Shown here: positions 1 to 7,755 of the stretch, piece after piece | Numbering within the stretch: the first letter of the stretch is position 1 | Layout: each line of letters starts with the position of its first letter | Origin: an archaeon | GTDB taxonomy: Archaea > SpSt-1190 > DYHY01 | Direction of reading: 5' to 3' | DNA length: 64,000 nt | Assembly (NCBI GenBank): GCA_043803745.1 | Contig: JAZDJS010000026.1 | Coordinates: 1-64,000 of the forward strand | Translations under genes and position numbers: made by a program | The notes under the pieces: model-generated | What the model was told of the DNA's origin: nothing | The model's input: the letters and a program-made list of their open reading frames with translations, nothing else | Databases searched by the model: none

Positions 1-7
1 CAGTAAA

Positions 8-712
8 ATGGCAGGGAAGAATAATATCCGGAAAAGCGACAAATACAAGGAAATCGAAGCTTATGTTTCTGAAAAGGAGCGGGGCTCTTTTGCTTCAACG
101 ACCCCAACCCTCGTCGGCCTTTCCGACAACGGCCTTTCCGAAATTGCCCTTGGATGGCTTTACAGGGAAATGGAACTCGAGCGGAACGCCCCTTCAGGCG
201 AAACGGGAAAGAAAGCAGGCTTCCTTTTTGCTCCCGCCGGAAGCGAAAGCGGCCTTGGCGCCAAGTTCTCATATGCTTTTCCCGTCGAGGGAAACCCGGA
301 AGCCCTTGAACGGGCGAGGAAACTAGGAAACGTTGCCAAGAAATATGCGCAAAGGAATGAAGGGAAAACAGGCACAGCTTCCCATTACATAATCCCCCTT
401 GAAGGCCTGCCTGAAGCGGTTGCCGGGCAGCTTGAACATGCCGAAATAACTCTTGGCGGCGATTGCGAGGAAAATCCGGCCAGCATGACAATTTCCCTTA
501 GAGCCGACGCAAGGAAACTTGGCGGAAGAAGGAAACTTTTCTCGGAAATCGCGAAAGCGGCGAACATACTCACCGCATATGTAGAGACCGGAGAGCTTCC
601 GCAGAGCTTCGGGGAAAAACTCGAGGGCCTTTTCAAGCCCGGGCGGGGCAGAGATAGGACCCCGCTTCCCGGGCGATATGGTCCTGAGGGAGAAGGAAGG
701 CCTCGCTGCTAG
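8..712 (+). CDS. hypothetical protein (234 aa)
   Basis: Long ATG-started ORF with coding-like composition, convergent with enolase (4 nt overlap); no recognised motif. Confidence 0.6.
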   Translation: MAGKNNIRKSDKYKEIEAYVSEKERGSFASTTPTLVGLSDNGLSEIALGWLYREMELERNAPSGETGKKAGFLFAPAGSESGLGAKFSYAFPVEGNPEALERARKLGNVAKKYAQRNEGKTGTASHYIIPLEGLPEAVAGQLEHAEITLGGDCEENPASMTISLRADARKLGGRRKLFSEIAKAANILTAYVETGELPQSFGEKLEGLFKPGRGRDRTPLPGRYGPEGEGRPRC

Positions 713-1935
713 AGCAGTTCCTCAATCCTCAAAAGCCGATTGTATTTCGCCAGCCGCTCGCCCCGGCAGGGCGCTCCAGCCTTGATGAAATCCGCTCCGA
801 AGCCGACCGCGAGGTCCGAGATGAAATCATCATTCGTTTCCCCGCTCCTGTGGGAAACCACAACCTTCCATCCGGCTTTCCTTGCAAGCTTCCCCGCCTC
901 GATTGCCTCGGTAAGGGTTCCGATCTGATTGACTTTCAGGAGAAGCGTGTTTGCCGATTTCTTATCAATTCCAATTTGCATCCTCCTGACGTTCGTCGTG
1001 AAAAGGTCATCCCCGACAACAAGAGTCCCTTTCGGCGCGAGCCTGAGGAAATCCGCAAACCCGTCGAAATCGTTCTCCTCGAGGAAATCCTCGAAGGAAA
1101 TGAGCGCAGGAAATTTCTCGGAAAGCTCGAGGTAGAACTGGACAAGCCCCTCTCGGGAGAAGGTTTTCCCGTCAACAAAATATTTCCTTTCCCGGTAGAA
1201 CGTGCTTGCAGCCGAATCAAGCCCGATGAAGACTTTTCCTGAATATCCTGCCGAAGAAATCGCCTCGGAAAGAATCCGGAGGGCTTCCTCTGTCGTTTCA
1301 ATCGGGGGCGCAAAGCCGCCCTCATCCCCGACATTGACCGCCGAAACCCCGTATTTCTCGCGGAGTTTCCCCTTCAGAACCTGGTAGATTTCAACTCCCG
1401 CCCGGAGCTTGTCCGAGAAGCTAGCCAGTTTCAGCGGAATCAGCATAAATTCCTGGATTGCCAGCTTCCCCCCAGCATGCTTCCCGCCGTTTATCACGTT
1501 GAACATCGGTGTCGGAATGTTGCGCTCCTTGCCAAGGGTTTCGTAGAGTTCCTTCCCCTTCGAATCCGCAATTGCCCGGGCAAGCGCGAGGGAAACTGCA
1601 AGGGTCGAGTTCGCCCCAAGATTCGACTTGTTCTCAGTCCCATCAAGCTTGATTAGCAGGGCGTCAACTTCAGCCTGGTTCGCCCTTTTCCCTTTCAGGG
1701 ATTTTGCAATAGGTCCGTTAACATTCGCAACCGCGCGGGTCACGCCCTTCCCTCCCCAAAAAGCGCCGCCGTCCCGGAGCTCGATCGCCTCGGCCGAGCC
1801 CGTCGATGCCCCCGAGGGAACCGCAGCCCTCCCGAAGGCGCCGTCGGAGAGCGTAAGGTCGCATTCGACAGTCGGATAGCCGCGGGAATCGATAATCTGG
1901 CGGCCGAGAATTTTTTTTATCTTCAACTCTGCCAT
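709..1935 (-). CDS. eno: enolase (phosphopyruvate hydratase)
   Basis: Motifs DSRGYPTVE, VPSGASTG, GDEGGFAP, LLKVNQIGT, SHRSGET, ERLAKYNRLLRIEE. Confidence 0.98.
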   Translation of the reverse strand: MAELKIKKILGRQIIDSRGYPTVECDLTLSDGAFGRAAVPSGASTGSAEAIELRDGGAFWGGKGVTRAVANVNGPIAKSLKGKRANQAEVDALLIKLDGTENKSNLGANSTLAVSLALARAIADSKGKELYETLGKERNIPTPMFNVINGGKHAGGKLAIQEFMLIPLKLASFSDKLRAGVEIYQVLKGKLREKYGVSAVNVGDEGGFAPPIETTEEALRILSEAISSAGYSGKVFIGLDSAASTFYRERKYFVDGKTFSREGLVQFYLELSEKFPALISFEDFLEENDFDGFADFLRLAPKGTLVVGDDLFTTNVRRMQIGIDKKSANTLLLKVNQIGTLTEAIEAGKLARKAGWKVVVSHRSGETNDDFISDLAVGFGADFIKAGAPCRGERLAKYNRLLRIEELL

Positions 1936-1978
1936 TTCTCTGGAGAAGGCTCCGGTAGTATTTAACTCCTTGAGTTTA

Positions 1979-2164
1979 CTGAATCGCGAAAGCCTCGGCC
2001 TTTAGGCGAGGTAAGATATCCTGCGATTCATGTCAAGCCCCGCCCTTTAGGGCGGGGTCTTTGACCGGCGCCAGTCGTGCACCCCCGCTCGCTTCAGCGG
2101 CGGGATAAGCGCCGCCACATGAACTACCCGAAAGACCCCCGCTCATTTATGGACGGGCAGTTCA
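1979..2164. mobile_element. tandem stack of four IS200/IS605-end-like palindromic mini-elements (non-autonomous remnants)
   Basis: Units: TGAATCGC..cctcggccTTTAggcgagg..GCGATTCA; GTCAAGccccgcccTTTAgggcggggTCTTTGAC; cggcgc..cccgctcgcTTCAgcggcggg..gcgccg; TGAACTACCCG..CGGGCAGTTCA. Hairpins with TTTA/TTCA loops and GTAGTTCA-type ends resemble IS605/TnpB termini. No transposase in the window. Confidence 0.6.
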
Positions 2165-2184
2165 GTCCAGGAGCAGCCCCTGGA

Positions 2185-2343
2185 CTAGTCATCGTTCCAG
2201 TATTTCCGCTGGGGATATGTCTTCGTCCTTATTTCCTCGACAGTCTTCTCCCCGAGCTCAATTACGAAGAGTGTGCTGAGGAAAGCGGGCGCAATGAAGA
2301 CAACCACGAAAAGCAGAAGAATCAGATTGACGAGACCAAGCAT
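2185..2343 (-). CDS. small single-pass membrane protein (52 aa, not in ORF track)
   Basis: Manual translation: MLGLVNLILLLFVVVFIAPAFLSTLFVIELGEKTVEEIRTKTYPQRKYWNDD*; hydrophobic N-half, charged tail. Confidence 0.55.
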   Translation of the reverse strand: MLGLVNLILLLFVVVFIAPAFLSTLFVIELGEKTVEEIRTKTYPQRKYWNDD

Positions 2344-2402
2344 TTCTTTCCGCCCCAAACTCTCCCGGAATCCGGAGCAGGAAGGGGATATTTATCCTTT
2401 CC

Positions 2403-2500
2403 CGCGCAAAACTCCCCGTGCTTGGGCACGGGAGATATCCGTGCTGATGCACCGATGCCCTAGGGGGCACGCGCGGTCCAGATTTCACGCAGTAGTTCAA
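2403..2500. repeat. degenerate IS605-end-like palindromic element
   Basis: cgcgcaaaa-ctccccgtgc-ttgg-gcacggga-gatatccgtgc follows the layout of unit 1 at 1979 (cgcgaaag-hairpin-gatatcctgc); ends with cagtagttcaa. Confidence 0.4.
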
Positions 2501-2516
2501 CCGTTTTGGACGCCTG

Positions 2517-3083
2517 CTAGAACTCTTCCCGCTTCTTCAGGAGCGCCGCAAGCCCAGGGGTCACAAGCGGCTTGCCCTGGACAAGAGGATAACCAAAATT
2601 GATCTTGACTGTCTCGTATTTCCCGAGTTTGAGCTCAATCTGCTGGACGAACGGGATTTCAGAAAGACGCCGCCCCTCTGAAATCCTCTTGGCAGTCCAG
2701 AGCGCGTTGTCAATCGAAAGCTGCAATCCGCCCAGCGAGCGCGCCCGCGCGCCGGGAAACCGCTTTGTGAGAAGCTCCGCAGTCCGCGCCTTGGGCGGAA
2801 CATCCCCGCAAATCCCGCCAATCACAACGGAATTCTCCCCCGCCGAAAAGTCCTCGGGCTCTAGAACCTCCTTTGCAGACGGGTCGAGTATTATCGGGTC
2901 GGGGAGGCTCCTGAGCTGCCAGGCGTGCTTCTTGTCTGTCGGAAGTTTCTTCCCAAGATTTCCGGAACCGGAAATCAGCAGGTTCCCCTTGCCCGCTATT
3001 TTCGCCGCATGCCTGTATTCGAGCAGGACCCAATCCGAGGGTTTTTCGAAATTCTCAACGACGAATCTCATCTTTTGGACCAT
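2517..3083 (-). CDS. SPOUT-family SAM-dependent methyltransferase, Sfm1/DUF431-like
   Basis: Motifs WVLLEY, ILDPSA..L.PEDF, IGGICGDVPPKART, RSLG..QLSIDNA typical of Sfm1/COG2428. Confidence 0.85.
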   Translation of the reverse strand: MVQKMRFVVENFEKPSDWVLLEYRHAAKIAGKGNLLISGSGNLGKKLPTDKKHAWQLRSLPDPIILDPSAKEVLEPEDFSAGENSVVIGGICGDVPPKARTAELLTKRFPGARARSLGGLQLSIDNALWTAKRISEGRRLSEIPFVQQIELKLGKYETVKINFGYPLVQGKPLVTPGLAALLKKREEF

Positions 3084-3134
3084 TCAGGCAAAGGAACCCG
3101 CTGATTTAAAAAACCGCTTGGGACTCGGCCCGGA

Positions 3135-4757
3135 ATGGATTCGCGGGAAACCCTTTGCAGGGAAATTGTTGACCGGCTTCTCCGGCTTGCAGGCGAGGGA
3201 ACGCTTCCGCAGGAAACGACGAACCTGAAGCTCAAGCTTTGCGCCGGAAAGACTGACGATGTCCCCGATGATGCGGAACTCCTTGCAATCCTGTCCCCCC
3301 CGGAGAGAGAACTTCTCCTCCCGATTCTTCGGAGGAAGCCGGTGCGCGCGCTTTCCGGGGTTTCCGTTGTTGCCGTTATGACCGCCCCGTTCCGCTGCCC
3401 GCACGGGACCTGCTTCTACTGCCCCGGCGGAATCGGAAGCCCCTTTGGGGACACGCCCCAGTCATATACCGGGCTCGAACCCGCAGCGCGCCGGGGGAAG
3501 CAATCGGACTACGACGCGCGCGCCCAGACGGCCGGGAGGATTGCGAACCTTGAGGCAATCGGCCATTCAGTTTCGAAAATAGAGCTTATCGTGATGGGGG
3601 GGACCTTCCCGGCATTTCCCGAGGATTATCAAGACAACTTCATCAAGGGCTGCTTCGACGGGGCGAACGGGTTTCCCGGAAAAAACCTGCAGGAAGCAAT
3701 TGCCATAAACGAACTAGCGCCCCACAGGATTGTCGGCCTGACAGTTGAGACGAAGCCAGATTGGTGCCTTTCGCCCCATGTTGCCCGGATGCTTTCCTAC
3801 GGAGCAACGAGAGTCGAGCTCGGAGTCCAGACACTTTTCGACGACATCCTTGCCAAGATGAACCGGGGACACACCGTAGATGAAACTGCAGAGGCTTTCA
3901 AGGCATGCAAGGACGCCGGCCTCAAGGTTGTCGCCCACATGATGCCCTTCCTTCCAGGCTCGAGCCTGGAGATGGACCTCGAATCCTTCCGACTGCTTTA
4001 CGAGGACGAACGGTTCAAGCCCGACGAGCTGAAAATCTACCCGACCCAGGTGCTGCCCGGAACTGGAATTCACAAAATGTGGAAAGCCGGAAACTACAAA
4101 TCCCCGACAATCGAAGAGACAATCGAGCTGATTTCACAAGTGAAGGAAATCACCCCGAGGTTAGTCCGGATAAAGAGGATTCTTCGCGACATTCCCTCGA
4201 CAGTCGTCGAGTCCGGGACGAAAAAATCCGACATCCGGGACATTGTGCAGAAGAGGATGAAAGCCGCCGGAAGGAAATGCCAATGCATCCGGTGCAGGGA
4301 GATTGGGCGAGCCGTCCACAGCGGGGTGAAAATAGCCGAAAACTCAATCAAGCTGAACTGCGCGACCCTGCGCGCTTCCGGAGCCGAGGAGAATTTCCTG
4401 ACCTTCGACGAGGAGCAGAACGATCTGCTTGTCGGTCTCCTGAGGCTCCGGCTCCTTTCCGACGGGATTACCGCACGGGTGCGCGAACTTCACGTATATG
4501 GCTGGGAGGTTCCCGTTCGGGTTCCCGTCCGGGTTCACGTTTCCGGGGGCGTCCAACCCTCCGCAGAGGACTTGCAGTCAGCAAAAGCTTCCTTCCAGCA
4601 CAAGGGATATGGCGGGCGCCTGCTCGCAGAAGCGGAGAGGATTGCGAAGGAGCGGGGATTCGAGAGAATCTCGGTCACTAGCGGAGTCGGAGTCCGCGAA
4701 TACTACCGGAAGCTGGGCTATTCCCTTGAAGGGACCTATATGGTTAAAAAACTCTGA
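3135..4757 (+). CDS. elp3: Elp3 tRNA U34 carboxymethyltransferase (radical SAM + KAT)
   Basis: CPHGTCFYCPGG, QSYTGLEPAARR, MGGTF, ETKPD, KIYPT, CQCIRCREI, VRELHVYG, FQHKGYG, SGVGVREYY. Confidence 0.96.
   Translation: MDSRETLCREIVDRLLRLAGEGTLPQETTNLKLKLCAGKTDDVPDDAELLAILSPPERELLLPILRRKPVRALSGVSVVAVMTAPFRCPHGTCFYCPGGIGSPFGDTPQSYTGLEPAARRGKQSDYDARAQTAGRIANLEAIGHSVSKIELIVMGGTFPAFPEDYQDNFIKGCFDGANGFPGKNLQEAIAINELAPHRIVGLTVETKPDWCLSPHVARMLSYGATRVELGVQTLFDDILAKMNRGHTVDETAEAFKACKDAGLKVVAHMMPFLPGSSLEMDLESFRLLYEDERFKPDELKIYPTQVLPGTGIHKMWKAGNYKSPTIEETIELISQVKEITPRLVRIKRILRDIPSTVVESGTKKSDIRDIVQKRMKAAGRKCQCIRCREIGRAVHSGVKIAENSIKLNCATLRASGAEENFLTFDEEQNDLLVGLLRLRLLSDGITARVRELHVYGWEVPVRVPVRVHVSGGVQPSAEDLQSAKASFQHKGYGGRLLAEAERIAKERGFERISVTSGVGVREYYRKLGYSLEGTYMVKKL
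4508..4543 (+). repeat. 3 x 12-nt in-frame tandem repeat inside elp3 (VPVR VPVR VHVS)
   Basis: ggttcccgttcg ggttcccgtccg ggttcacgtttc. Confidence 0.7.
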
Positions 4758-4922
4758 GAGTTTCCGTTCCATGGCCTAGGAAAGCTTGCAAGCTGAGCTG
4801 CTGACTTTCAGAAACGATTCCCTGTGGGGCGCGATTTGTCCGAGCTGCAGATGGATGGATTTTCAGCTGCTCAAGCGCCGCAACTAAAAGTTTAAATCCC
4901 CCTTCAGCGAGTGACGTTCGCA

Positions 4923-5951
4923 ATGGCAAGCGAAGGCAATTTCCTTGAGATGAAGGTTTCCGGTTTCGTTGAAAAAGGCAGTCTCGCCTTTCCGGATGAC
5001 GCGGCAGAGGGGCTTGCGGGCAAGCTTTCCGACATTTGCCTGATTGACGAAAGGAAGAATTTCCTAGGGGTCATCCTGGAGGGCGCGCTCTTGCTGGCGT
5101 CACCGAAGGAAAAGGCGAAGAATCTCTCCTTCAATCCGCCTTCAATCTCTCCGGAAAGCACTGTGCGCGATGCGCTGAAGGTTTTCGCTTCGTCCGGGAT
5201 GCAGCTCCTCCCCGTTGTCCAGAAGGGCAAGCTCTCGGGAGTCCTGAAACTCCCTTCAGTGATTCAGAAACTGCCGCTCGGCGAGCTCACACTTGAGGAG
5301 GTCACCAACAAGCACCCGTATTCAATTGGCGAGGCAACGCCCGTTGCGGATGTGAGGGAAATAATGGTCCGGAGCAGGCTTGGCAGGGTTTATGTGACTG
5401 ACGCGGCGGGGCACCTGACCGGGATAATAACGCACAATTCGTTCCTGAAGAAGCCCGGTTTCTTCAAGAAAGACTGGCGCCGCGCCTCGGAAATAATGGA
5501 GCACGGAGTCCTCTCGATTTCCCCATCGGACACGGTTCAAAAGGCGGCGGCACTCGTTGCAAAGAACCGCCTGAGGGCTATTGCACTCGTAGAAAACGGG
5601 CACCTTGTCGGCTCAGTTGAAGCGGGCTTGATTGTCTCTAAGGTTCTTGAGAAAACCGAACCCGTTGGCGAGGGGATAAGGGTCGAAATTTTGGGACTTG
5701 CCTCTTTGGAGTCCTTCGAGAAGACCGCGATAAACTCCGCGGTTTTCGGTCAGGTCAGGAAAATCTCCGAGGAGCTCGGGCCCTCGACAATCAAGCTCGT
5801 TTTCAAGAGGAGCCGGAGCGAGTGGGAAGTCTCCCTGACAGCAACCCTGACCGGGGGGAAGAAAATTCTTGCCAAGGTGTCGGAATTTGACGCCCTTTTC
5901 GCAGCATCGGAAGTTTTAAGAACGCTCCAGAAGAGGGTCAGAAATGGCTGA
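4923..5951 (+). CDS. CBS-domain protein with C-terminal HPF/RaiA-like domain (Hib-like ribosome hibernation factor)
   Basis: Repeated CBS motifs (SISPESTVRDAL..LPVV..GKLSGVL; SISPSDTVQKAA..LVENGHLVG). The C-terminal ~90 aa have a beta-alpha-beta-beta-beta-alpha pattern ending KILAKVSEFDALFAASEVLRTLQKRV, like HPF. Confidence 0.75.
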   Translation: MASEGNFLEMKVSGFVEKGSLAFPDDAAEGLAGKLSDICLIDERKNFLGVILEGALLLASPKEKAKNLSFNPPSISPESTVRDALKVFASSGMQLLPVVQKGKLSGVLKLPSVIQKLPLGELTLEEVTNKHPYSIGEATPVADVREIMVRSRLGRVYVTDAAGHLTGIITHNSFLKKPGFFKKDWRRASEIMEHGVLSISPSDTVQKAAALVAKNRLRAIALVENGHLVGSVEAGLIVSKVLEKTEPVGEGIRVEILGLASLESFEKTAINSAVFGQVRKISEELGPSTIKLVFKRSRSEWEVSLTATLTGGKKILAKVSEFDALFAASEVLRTLQKRVRNG

Positions 5952-6369
5952 TGAGGGACGCTTTAGCGAGGTCGAGCACCTTCTAGAGAAGCTGAAATAC
6001 GGCGAAATAATCCAATTCGTGAAAGAAGAGGGAATTGAGGCAAAGGGGAACAAGGAAAAACTCGTTGCTGTGATTCTGAAGAAAGTTCCCGAGGAAAAGA
6101 TCCGCGCGTTCTTCAAACAGGCAAGGGGAATCAAGGTTGACATCTCCGAGCACAGGCTGGTTCCGCAGCACGAGGTGATCGGGGAGAAGGAGCTTGCCGC
6201 GCTTGTTGCAAAGCACCACTGCAAGATTGCCGATCTTCCGCGGACTTTCGACACCGATCCAATGTGCCTCAAGGTTGGGGCGAGGTCGGGGGATGTAATT
6301 AAAATAACCAGGAAAAGCCCAACTGCGGGCCAAGCATACTATTATAGATTAGTTGTCAAGAGTATATAA
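5944..6369 (+). CDS. rpoH: RNA polymerase subunit Rpo5 (RpoH) with ~60 aa N-terminal SAP-like extension
   Basis: HRLVPQHEV, LPR...DP, GDVIKITRKSPTAG..YYRLVV; extra N-terminal segment. Confidence 0.93.
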   Translation: MADEGRFSEVEHLLEKLKYGEIIQFVKEEGIEAKGNKEKLVAVILKKVPEEKIRAFFKQARGIKVDISEHRLVPQHEVIGEKELAALVAKHHCKIADLPRTFDTDPMCLKVGARSGDVIKITRKSPTAGQAYYYRLVVKSI

Positions 6370-6391
6370 TATGCTGGCAGGGGCAATTCCA

Positions 6392-6997
6392 ATGCTATCC
6401 GGAGGTTTTTTGTCAATTGAAAGGATATTCGTCCTTATCGTCGTCATTTTTGGCTTGCTCTGGGCCTCGATCAAGGTGCGGAAATATCTCGCATACCTGA
6501 GGGAAACCGGAATGAAGGGCTTCGGGGCAACCCTGATCGTCCTTGGCGGGATTTTGTTCGTTTTCGCATCAGTCAGGATCGGGGGGCTCTACCTTTTCCA
6601 ATACCTGACCGAGACGATAACGAGCGAACAGATGCTCAAGCTCTCGCTCTGGCTTGTCATTTTCGGGGCGGGATTCATCCTCCTAGACTGGATTGTGCGC
6701 AAGTTCCAGAAAAGGCAGCTCCTCGGGCTCGAGGATGAGCGGCGCGAATACATCACCCGCGTTAGGAAGGGGATAAAGATCGAGGATGCGGAAAAAATCG
6801 CCTTTGAGAACGTCAAGAAGGTCCTCAACCCACCCGGACTCAAGTTGATTGCAGCTGAGAAGGAGTTCAAGACCTGGCGCGTCTACATGAAGGACACGAT
6901 TGGGAAGAAATACATGGTTGCCCTCGACATCGAAGGGGAGATAATGACGACGGAGACAATGGACGAGCTTCCCTCATATCTCGGCGGGATTAACTGA
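6392..6997 (+). CDS. membrane protein (3 TM) with C-terminal PepSY-like domain
   Basis: Three hydrophobic segments, then IKIEDAEKIA...WRVYM....KYMVALD.EGEI. Start uncertain (6371 or 6392; TATA-like tatataat at 6363). Confidence 0.7.
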   Translation: MLSGGFLSIERIFVLIVVIFGLLWASIKVRKYLAYLRETGMKGFGATLIVLGGILFVFASVRIGGLYLFQYLTETITSEQMLKLSLWLVIFGAGFILLDWIVRKFQKRQLLGLEDERREYITRVRKGIKIEDAEKIAFENVKKVLNPPGLKLIAAEKEFKTWRVYMKDTIGKKYMVALDIEGEIMTTETMDELPSYLGGIN

Positions 6998-7021
6998 GCG
7001 GGGGAAAAGAGCCATTCTTTA

Positions 7022-7714
7022 GTGGGAAACCTGGAAACTGTTTTAAAGGCAGTCCGAACCCGGAAGAAAATGAGCCAAGACGAGCCAGTCATTTTGGTCT
7101 GCCTGCCGCAAACAAGGGCGGATAAAATCAACTATATCAAAAGCATTCTCAGGGTTGCCGACGAGCCTTTCCAGAACGTTGACGATTCGCATCCGGAGCC
7201 GTTCCGGGACGCCGTCCTCCAGAACCTTGGGAAGGCATTTCCGGGCGCAAGGACCTACCTTGACTGGGTCGATACTCAAAGCAGCGAGCCGCTTCAATTC
7301 GAGGAAATTCCCAGCGTCTCAGGAGCGATCCTTTACGATGTCCTCCTGAAGAAATCGCTTGCAGCTTTTGGCGCCCAGGCTGCCGAGAACGGGCCTTCCG
7401 ATTCCCCGAGAAAAGCATGCGAAATCCTGACTGCAAATTTGCGGGCTCTTCGCGGCTCCGGAATGGCGGGGCAGGAATTTCCAATTGCAATTGTCGACTA
7501 CTTGGACACTCCTGCGGAGACGCTCTATCTTGCAACAGCTGCAGCCGGAGCAACCCGGTGGAAGGCTGCCGAACAGGCCTCGCACCAGTGGGCGGATGTC
7601 CTCGAGGGCGCAGGACTGAAAATGCAGAGTTGCCGGACATATCTCAGGGATGGAGTCTACAGGATTGTTGTCGAGGCGGTCGCGCCCGCCGAGTTCGCGG
7701 GGCCGCAGAACTGA
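7022..7714 (+). CDS. hypothetical protein
   Basis: 230 aa ORF filling the gap co-directionally; no motif recognised. Confidence 0.6.
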   Translation: MGNLETVLKAVRTRKKMSQDEPVILVCLPQTRADKINYIKSILRVADEPFQNVDDSHPEPFRDAVLQNLGKAFPGARTYLDWVDTQSSEPLQFEEIPSVSGAILYDVLLKKSLAAFGAQAAENGPSDSPRKACEILTANLRALRGSGMAGQEFPIAIVDYLDTPAETLYLATAAAGATRWKAAEQASHQWADVLEGAGLKMQSCRTYLRDGVYRIVVEAVAPAEFAGPQN

Positions 7715-7755
7715 GAAAGGAAATGTAATAAACTTGGGTTTTTTCCGGCTAACGG

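Noticed and set aside
1979-2164. CRISPR array
   Set aside because: The units are not identical repeats separated by unique spacers, and there are no cas genes.
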